Sequence record: NZ_CP143948.1
Direction: 5' to 3' (one strand)
Length of the DNA: 64,000 bases
Source of the DNA: a plasmid
A program made the translations under genes and the position numbers. Below the pieces are notes generated by a model that saw nothing but the letters and a program-made list of their open reading frames with translations, was not told where the DNA came from and did no database searches. Below, in pieces: positions 58,264 through 64,000 of the stretch; within the stretch, counting starts at the first letter, position 1, and each line of letters starts with the position of its first letter.

Positions 58264-59746
58264 TTTGTTTTCCTCCGTAAAATGTGATCTTAAGTACTTT
58301 TCCTGTCTGTTGTGTGACAAGTGCGCCACAGCCGGATCTGTATCCGATAATGGCATGCACCAGTGATTCATGGGCTATGAGCCACAGCCCCGCTCTCTGC
58401 TGTGCAGGAATTTTATCACCTGTAAATACCTGCTTCAGCTTCTTATGATGGCCCTCGTCATCCACAATTATATAGTCACCGGCTTTTCTTGTTCTTATTT
58501 CAAAGCCTTTCTTCATCTTATCATAATCAAACCATTTCGTATATGGTTTTTTGGGAATTTCGTCCATTTTACCATTAAAATCTTGTATACAAAGTGTGAC
58601 ATACGAGCCATCTGCCGAAAGCTTTATGTTTTTTTGCTCTCCCGTGGCACTCAGTGCCTCAAGCTCTTTTTGCGTAATGTGAATTTCTTCTTTTTCATCG
58701 TCACACCTTCCGGCGAAGAGTATCACCTCGCCAAATGATTTTTCCGCAATAATTCCATATGGCAGATTGATTTTTCTGCCCGACTGCTGCCCTGCAAGCT
58801 TCACAAGTGCACCGATATGCATGCTCGTGATGTCCTTGAGCCGTCCTGACGCCAGATGTATACACTCGCGCGCCACTCCGCTTTTTAATGCCGGATGCAG
58901 ACTCTCAAAGCGACTGATTTCAAGTATCACCCTGCCTTCTTTTTTTGAAACCATGCTGTCACACGCCTCTTTTAGCTGCTCCTCGTAAAAATCATTCATC
59001 ACCGCAAGCTGTCCTGCGCTCTCATTGATATGCTCTATCGCCCTGTCATTAATCTGCAAAAGCAAAGGAAACACATCATGGCGCAGCTTGTTTCTGGAGT
59101 AGGCTGTGTCAGTGTTTGTGGCATCGGTGACAAAAGCCTGTCCGTTTTCCTTCAGATATTCCTCTATCTGTGCGCGTGTTGCTGATAAAAGCGGCCTGAT
59201 ATAGGTGACACCGTTCTTCACAGAAACCGGATGCATGCCGGATAGCCCCTTCGCTCCGCTTCCGCGAAGCATCTGAAAAAGAACTGTCTCTGCGTTGTCC
59301 TCCATATGGTGCGCAACTGCAACGATTACCTGCCTGCTGTTACCCTGCTTTTGGTCTGCTGCATAGGCAGTTTTGCAAGGATATCTGCCTGCCTCCTCTT
59401 CAAACGCCTCATAGCGCAATATCCTGGCGGCCTCCTCCAGCCCGAGTCCATGACTTGCTGCATATTGCGGCACATCCACGGAATGCACATGGCACGGTAT
59501 GTGAAGCCTCTCGCAGAGATCTGACGCAAATCTCGCATCCTCCCTGCTCTCGGCTCCTCTGATGCCATGCTCCACATGTACTGCCTCCAGCGCAAAATCA
59601 AGCTCATCTGCGCACTGTCTTTTTATCTCATTTAACACCAGCAGAAGGCAGACGGAATCCGCACCGCCCGACAGCGCAACAAGCACCGTGCTGTGATTTT
59701 TTATCATTTTGTTTTCCAGAATATAATCTTTTGTCCGTCTAATCAT
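58241..59746 (-). CDS. tilS: tRNA(Ile)-lysidine synthetase
   Basis: PP-loop SGGADS. The tilS-hpt-ftsH synteny is conserved in Firmicutes. Confidence 0.8.
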   Translation of the reverse strand: MIRRTKDYILENKMIKNHSTVLVALSGGADSVCLLLVLNEIKRQCADELDFALEAVHVEHGIRGAESREDARFASDLCERLHIPCHVHSVDVPQYAASHGLGLEEAARILRYEAFEEEAGRYPCKTAYAADQKQGNSRQVIVAVAHHMEDNAETVLFQMLRGSGAKGLSGMHPVSVKNGVTYIRPLLSATRAQIEEYLKENGQAFVTDATNTDTAYSRNKLRHDVFPLLLQINDRAIEHINESAGQLAVMNDFYEEQLKEACDSMVSKKEGRVILEISRFESLHPALKSGVARECIHLASGRLKDITSMHIGALVKLAGQQSGRKINLPYGIIAEKSFGEVILFAGRCDDEKEEIHITQKELEALSATGEQKNIKLSADGSYVTLCIQDFNGKMDEIPKKPYTKWFDYDKMKKGFEIRTRKAGDYIIVDDEGHHKKLKQVFTGDKIPAQQRAGLWLIAHESLVHAIIGYRSGCGALVTQQTGKVLKITFYGGKQNGFFKKI

Positions 59747-61611
59747 TATTTTTCCCAGATTCCTATTGCAACTACCGTCATATCATCCATGGCGTATCCG
59801 CCTGTGTCAAGCAGCACCCTGTCCAGAATTTCCTGCGCCATCACGCCTGCATTGTCACTTTTGACGCCTGCGATGATATCCATAAGTTTCCCCTGTCTGT
59901 CCTTTACATGCAGATATTCTAGCACACCATCCGTCACCATGACAAGGAAATCGCCACTTTGAAGTGTATTTTTTGATTGTTTACTCTCCTGCCAGACATC
60001 GACCCCCGCCGGGAGTGATTCATTTTCTATAACACTTACTTGTTTCCCTGATTTGATAAATGACGGTGCAGCGCCTGTTTTGGTAAGCTCAAGCTCACCT
60101 GTGTACATGTCTATCGTAGCAAAATCAACCGTGGAATAGGACTCCTCGCCCGCCGATATGACCATGGCAGAGTTCATCAGCTTTAGGGCACTTTCCCTGC
60201 TAAAGCCGGCCTCCAAAAGCTTTTCAAGCAAATCCACCACCAGCGTGCTCTCGGCCTGCGCCTGCTTGCCCGAGCCCATGCCATCGGATACACATACATG
60301 ATACATGCCATCATCCAGCTGAAACATGCTGCAACTGTCGCCATTTGCCTGAGAGCCGGTCTTCTTTTTGGTCGCCACCCCCGAAAGTGCATAGAACTGA
60401 TTCTCCTCGTAAAGCACAATAGATGTCCTCTCATCGGATATTATTGAAACTGTCCCATGTGCCTGCCTGAGCTTCACTCCCATGGCGCGTGAAACCGCCT
60501 GCACATACTTTGAAATTTCAATCCCGCCATCTATCCTGGTGCAGACATCTGCCTTTATACATACCTGCTGCCTTGCGTTCTCATAAATATGGGCATTTTC
60601 CACCTGTATACCAGCCTCTTTTGTATATACATAAACTCTTGTAAGACGCAGCCTTCTTTTTTTATCAATACATTTTTCAGCCCTGCACCAGCTATCCATG
60701 AGCTCTGCCATAGCGTCAAGCTGTGTGGCTATGACGCGTCTGTTTTCCGTGAGACGCCTGTACCAGGCTTCATTTAGCTCAATACGGGCAAATGCCTCTG
60801 TGGCGGCTTCCACCATGCGCGTATAGTGCGGGCAGCCATCCACATATCTGTTTTGCACAATTTCCTCTGTTTTCATACGTTTGCGCACTGCATCAGCAAG
60901 CATTTTTATACTGTCGGAAATCGAAGTCCCGCTTGTCCAGCACACACTGCAACCCTCACAGCATGCACAAAGTCTCCCTGTCACCTCAAGCTGTATTTTC
61001 TCACTCTCATCAGGGATTTTATCTGCCGTACATTTTACAGCCATGACGTTTGCAGTCGAAATAATGCCTGAAAGTCCTGAAACTGCTGTGGCAAATGCCT
61101 CCTCCCTGTCGGGCAGGAGTCCTGCTATGACCGGGTTTTCATTGTGCTCAAGAGCCCTTAAATATTCGCATGCTCTGCAAAGCACAAAGGCCATCGAAAA
61201 CACAACAAGGCTCTCTGCTACCGACAACACTATCTCATCCGTATACGGCTTTCCCAGAAATGTTACCGACAGATTCATCACCGCCGTGGCACAAGCTGCT
61301 ACAACGGCTGTTGTCAGACATCCGTTTTTACTGCTTTTTCTCACAAATAGCCTTTCCCCAAAGTAAATCACCGCAATAATAAAGAGATACTTACATATCG
61401 ACGGTATCGATATAAAGTATCCCATTCCAATAATTAATCCTATGTAAAAAATAATCGTATGCCCACTGCTCAGACAATAAACTCCATACACTGCAGGTAT
61501 CAGCGGATAGCAATCCATCACACACACCAGTGTGGATGCAAATGCCATAAGCCCCCACACAGCCTTTTTTAAATTTGCACTCCTCATCTTTTTGCCTCCA
61601 TCTTTTTTCAA
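59746..61611 (-). CDS. spoIIE: stage II sporulation protein E (membrane PP2C phosphatase)
   Basis: About 10 N-terminal TM, and a C-terminal PP2C domain (…VSDGMGSG…). Position is upstream of tilS as in Bacilli and Clostridia. Confidence 0.8.
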   Translation of the reverse strand: MKKDGGKKMRSANLKKAVWGLMAFASTLVCVMDCYPLIPAVYGVYCLSSGHTIIFYIGLIIGMGYFISIPSICKYLFIIAVIYFGERLFVRKSSKNGCLTTAVVAACATAVMNLSVTFLGKPYTDEIVLSVAESLVVFSMAFVLCRACEYLRALEHNENPVIAGLLPDREEAFATAVSGLSGIISTANVMAVKCTADKIPDESEKIQLEVTGRLCACCEGCSVCWTSGTSISDSIKMLADAVRKRMKTEEIVQNRYVDGCPHYTRMVEAATEAFARIELNEAWYRRLTENRRVIATQLDAMAELMDSWCRAEKCIDKKRRLRLTRVYVYTKEAGIQVENAHIYENARQQVCIKADVCTRIDGGIEISKYVQAVSRAMGVKLRQAHGTVSIISDERTSIVLYEENQFYALSGVATKKKTGSQANGDSCSMFQLDDGMYHVCVSDGMGSGKQAQAESTLVVDLLEKLLEAGFSRESALKLMNSAMVISAGEESYSTVDFATIDMYTGELELTKTGAAPSFIKSGKQVSVIENESLPAGVDVWQESKQSKNTLQSGDFLVMVTDGVLEYLHVKDRQGKLMDIIAGVKSDNAGVMAQEILDRVLLDTGGYAMDDMTVVAIGIWEK

Positions 61612-61671
61612 CGATTATATGTGGTCAAAAATGAAGGTTTTGACGAAAAAGCGCAACTATATCTTCAAAAA

Positions 61672-61965
61672 TTATTTGTCCTTTTCCTTGAAGATTATTT
61701 CATTGTCATACGCAAGCCCCAGCTTGCTCTTTGCTATATCCTCTATGTACTGGTCACTCTGCATATACTGCTGCATGCTTTCTATCTCATCAGCACGCTC
61801 CGATTCTTTAGTATACTGCTTCTCAAGCTCCGCTTTTTGTGCGGCATATGTAGATTCCTTCTGCTTTAGCTGCACAACCTGGACTACCATAACCACAAGA
61901 AATGCTATAACTATGATGGAAACACTTAAAGTTCCGCCCCTTCTCTTTGCACGACGTTTACTCAT
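61672..61965 (-). CDS. septum formation initiator (FtsB/DivIC family)
   Basis: Basic N-terminus, one TM, coiled-coil. Motif …YIEDIAKSKLGLAYDNEI…. Confidence 0.6.
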   Translation of the reverse strand: MSKRRAKRRGGTLSVSIIVIAFLVVMVVQVVQLKQKESTYAAQKAELEKQYTKESERADEIESMQQYMQSDQYIEDIAKSKLGLAYDNEIIFKEKDK

Positions 61966-61982
61966 TATTCCTCCTTAGGTGC

Positions 61983-62267
61983 TTATCTGAATATCCTGCC
62001 AAACATTTTATCTTTCTTTCCGGTCACCTCCGGTACCTTCGAATACGTAATCATGTCTATCTCACCTTCTATATCGGCTTCTCCCTTCTCAAGGTTTAGC
62101 CTGTTTACGTGAAGATCCTTGCCCTTTAGGTCAAGCATGCCCAGCTCCGTCTCCAAAAGTATCTCTCCCACATCAAAGGAGAGCACATCCAAAATGCCTG
62201 TAAAGCTGCCTGTTCTGCGATTATTCAAGATAAGCTTATGACTCTTTGTGCCTGATATTTCTTCCAT
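61983..62267 (-). CDS. yabP: sporulation protein YabP
   Basis: Motif …HKLILNNRRTGSFTGILDVLSFD…ILLETELGML…. Confidence 0.6.
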   Translation of the reverse strand: MEEISGTKSHKLILNNRRTGSFTGILDVLSFDVGEILLETELGMLDLKGKDLHVNRLNLEKGEADIEGEIDMITYSKVPEVTGKKDKMFGRIFR

Positions 62268-62376
62268 TTCCTGTCCCTCACATAATTTTTAATATGCTCC
62301 ATAGACAGCCGCACATATACATGCCATCTGTGGAATCGCATATGTAAATATATGCCGGGATTCATGAAAATATAAC

Positions 62377-62616
62377 CTATATATACTCAAAAAGATCTTT
62401 TGCTTCTTCCTTCTTTGTTGTGTCAAGGAGATTTAACACCTTAACCTTGACTGTCTTTTGTCCAAATGCTATCTCTATTATGTCTCCGACCTTGACATTT
62501 ACAGATGCCTTTGCCGGTCTGCCGTTTACTGTAACACGGCCTGCGTCACATGCCTCATTTGCCACTGTACGTCTCTTTATCAGACGCGATACCTTCAAAA
62601 ATTTGTCTAATCTCAT
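62377..62616 (-). CDS. S4-domain RNA-binding protein (YabO-like)
   Basis: MRLDKFLKVSRLIKRRTVA… is S4-like. Confidence 0.7.
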   Translation of the reverse strand: MRLDKFLKVSRLIKRRTVANEACDAGRVTVNGRPAKASVNVKVGDIIEIAFGQKTVKVKVLNLLDTTKKEEAKDLFEYI

Positions 62617-62745
62617 TGTTACCTCTGTGTCTTACCTATAATAAATCAATTCATAACCATTACCCTGATTTCAGTGGATATAGCCAAAAATGGGCGGAGC
62701 CTTAAAGGCTTCACCCATTCTTCTACTCCGTGATAGTCTAACTTA

Positions 62746-63018
62746 TTAGTTAAGAGAATCTTTTAAAGCCTTTCCAGCCTTGAACTTAGGAGCCTTAGAT
62801 GCTGCAATTGTCATCTCAGCGCCAGTCTGTGGATTTCTTCCTGTTCTTGCTGCTCTCTCAGATACCTCGAAAGTACCGAATCCAACTAACTGGATCTTCT
62901 CACCTTTCTTTAACTCCTCTGCAACAACATCTGTGAATGCCTTTAAAGATGCCTCTGCATCCTTCTTTGATACTCCGGCCTTCTCTGCCATAGCTGCAAC
63001 TAAATCTGCTTTGTTCAT
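62746..63018 (-). CDS. hup: DNA-binding protein HU. Start at internal Met.
   Basis: [13 protein letters not shown]…[21 protein letters not shown]…. Confidence 0.85.
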   Translation of the reverse strand: MNKADLVAAMAEKAGVSKKDAEASLKAFTDVVAEELKKGEKIQLVGFGTFEVSERAARTGRNPQTGAEMTIAASKAPKFKAGKALKDSLN

Positions 63019-63171
63019 GATAAAATTCCTCCTCTGGATTTTCATAATTTATATAATTCGAGCTGTATTCCCAAATTACCTACAAGAATATATATACTTG
63101 TTTTTATGGGGTTTGTCAAGGAAAATGCGCTATTTCCTAGGCTTTTATGTACTTTTACCATTCTTAAAACC

Positions 63172-63987
63172 TTACTTTGAACTTAATAAAGAGGTTAATG
63201 TTGAAAGATAATCGGATATGTCCTTATTTGTCAGACTATTTTTGGAACTGTCAGAGGATTTATTGTTGGTTCCCCGTGATGAATTTGTACTCTGCGAGCT
63301 GCCGGTGGTGCTGCCCTGAGATGTACTTTGATTGTCCTTCTCATCAGCCCTCTCTGAGGCTGTCTCGGAAGGTGTCTGTGCGGTGGCTTGTGAACTGCCG
63401 GTGCTGTTAGTTTTGGTACCTGATGAATCGTTTGCAGAGCTGTCCGTATCGTCATTTATCGTAATCTGTATGGTGGCCTCCTTTGAGTTCACGTAAAGCG
63501 TCCTCGTCCAGGTGTCATAGCCATCGGCTGTTACCTTAAGCGTGTGTTTTCCGTATGTTATCTCAACCGGGCTCGTATAGTCGATTTCACTGCCATCGAC
63601 ATATATTTTCGCCCCCTGCACGTCAACCTCGAAAAGGATGCTGCTCTTTTTAGGCCCCTCACCCTTTAAATCATTTAAATTTACCTTTGTAGTCTCTCCT
63701 CTTTTTATCTCAATATCCGTGCTGCCTCCCCAGCCATTGTTGGCCACAGCGAGTGTATAGCTGCCCTCCGGCACATCAAGCGACATATCCTTAGTGATTT
63801 CTGCAAATATCCTGTCTCCGAGCTGCAAAAAACTGCCCTCAAACAGCGATGTATTGCTAAGCTGCAGTGTGCCGTGCCCTGTCGTGACAGAAATTGACAC
63901 TATATCCTTGTCAATCCCGACAACAGCCAGCTTATCCTGCGCCGTGAGGCTGTCAGTATCTACGACATCCGAGCCTGAAAATATCAT
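63172..63987 (-). CDS. PEGA-domain protein with an S/T-rich tail (the N-terminus may lie beyond the window)
   Basis: Contains …AKIYVDGSEIDYTSPVEITYGKHTLKVTADGYDTW…. Confidence 0.45.
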   Translation of the reverse strand: MIFSGSDVVDTDSLTAQDKLAVVGIDKDIVSISVTTGHGTLQLSNTSLFEGSFLQLGDRIFAEITKDMSLDVPEGSYTLAVANNGWGGSTDIEIKRGETTKVNLNDLKGEGPKKSSILFEVDVQGAKIYVDGSEIDYTSPVEITYGKHTLKVTADGYDTWTRTLYVNSKEATIQITINDDTDSSANDSSGTKTNSTGSSQATAQTPSETASERADEKDNQSTSQGSTTGSSQSTNSSRGTNNKSSDSSKNSLTNKDISDYLSTLTSLLSSK

Positions 63988-64000
63988 GGTGCGCTCACCC

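Noticed and set aside
1-64000. Prophage, IS or integrative element
   Set aside because: No integrase, transposase, terminase or capsid-like ORFs and no att-like flanking repeats were seen. The accessory character of 0-23 kb is explained by T7SS toxin-island dynamics.

Overview
This 64 kb window reads as a low-GC chromosomal segment from a sporulating Firmicute, probably a Clostridia/Lachnospiraceae-like organism. Most genes lie on the minus strand. Five regions stand out.

(1) 1-13.9 kb is a type VIIb-secretion substrate island. It holds a canonical WXG100 EsxA gene and a 598-aa LXG-type polymorphic toxin. The toxin is preceded by small helical Lap/YwqH/YwqI-like partner genes and followed by an overlapping immunity gene. 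Downstream sits an array of orphan toxin C-terminal cassettes and immunity genes that share a 158-nt near-identical recombination 'handle' with the full-length toxin. A second LXG-like effector (573 aa) has its own YwqH/YwqI-like pair. The island also carries a tandem duplication of lipoprotein+esxA in which one esxA copy is deleted to a remnant.

(2) 14-23.3 kb holds a signalling module directly abutting the T7 substrates: an FHA-domain protein with a poly-Q linker, a small membrane protein, a Hanks Ser/Thr kinase and a PP2C phosphatase. A 46-aa P-loop ParA/MinD-like gene fragment overlaps the start of the phosphatase gene. A 1727-aa Ig-like-repeat surface protein lies next to it.

(3) 24.8-27.6 kb encodes an unusual 933-aa fusion. 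A TetM/EF-G-like translational GTPase carries a Rae1/YacP-type NYN ribonuclease domain at its C-terminus. It also has an in-frame 9-nt tandem-repeat insertion inside the G domain.

(4) A BrnT/BrnA toxin-antitoxin pair with a perfect consensus promoter lies just upstream of a DUF4317-like gene.

(5) The remainder is housekeeping and carbohydrate metabolism. It includes map, yqeY, a CwlO-like NlpC/P60 peptidase, a SpoVID/SipL-like SPOCS+LysM protein, veg and plsC. There is a galactan-utilisation cluster with two GH53 enzymes, a LacI regulator and an ABC transporter. There is a maltodextrin cluster with a GH13 amylase lipoprotein, ABC transporter, malQ and a LacI regulator. It ends with a HEXXH lipoprotein, tRNA-Tyr, ftsH-hpt-tilS-spoIIE, divIC-like, yabP, an S4 protein, HU and a PEGA protein.

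Several intergenic repeat or structured elements match no known class: paired inverted ~85-nt repeats present in two places, a ~300-nt element bounded by a long inverted repeat, and a conserved 45-nt hairpin motif. No CRISPR array, rRNA, transposase or integrase was seen.
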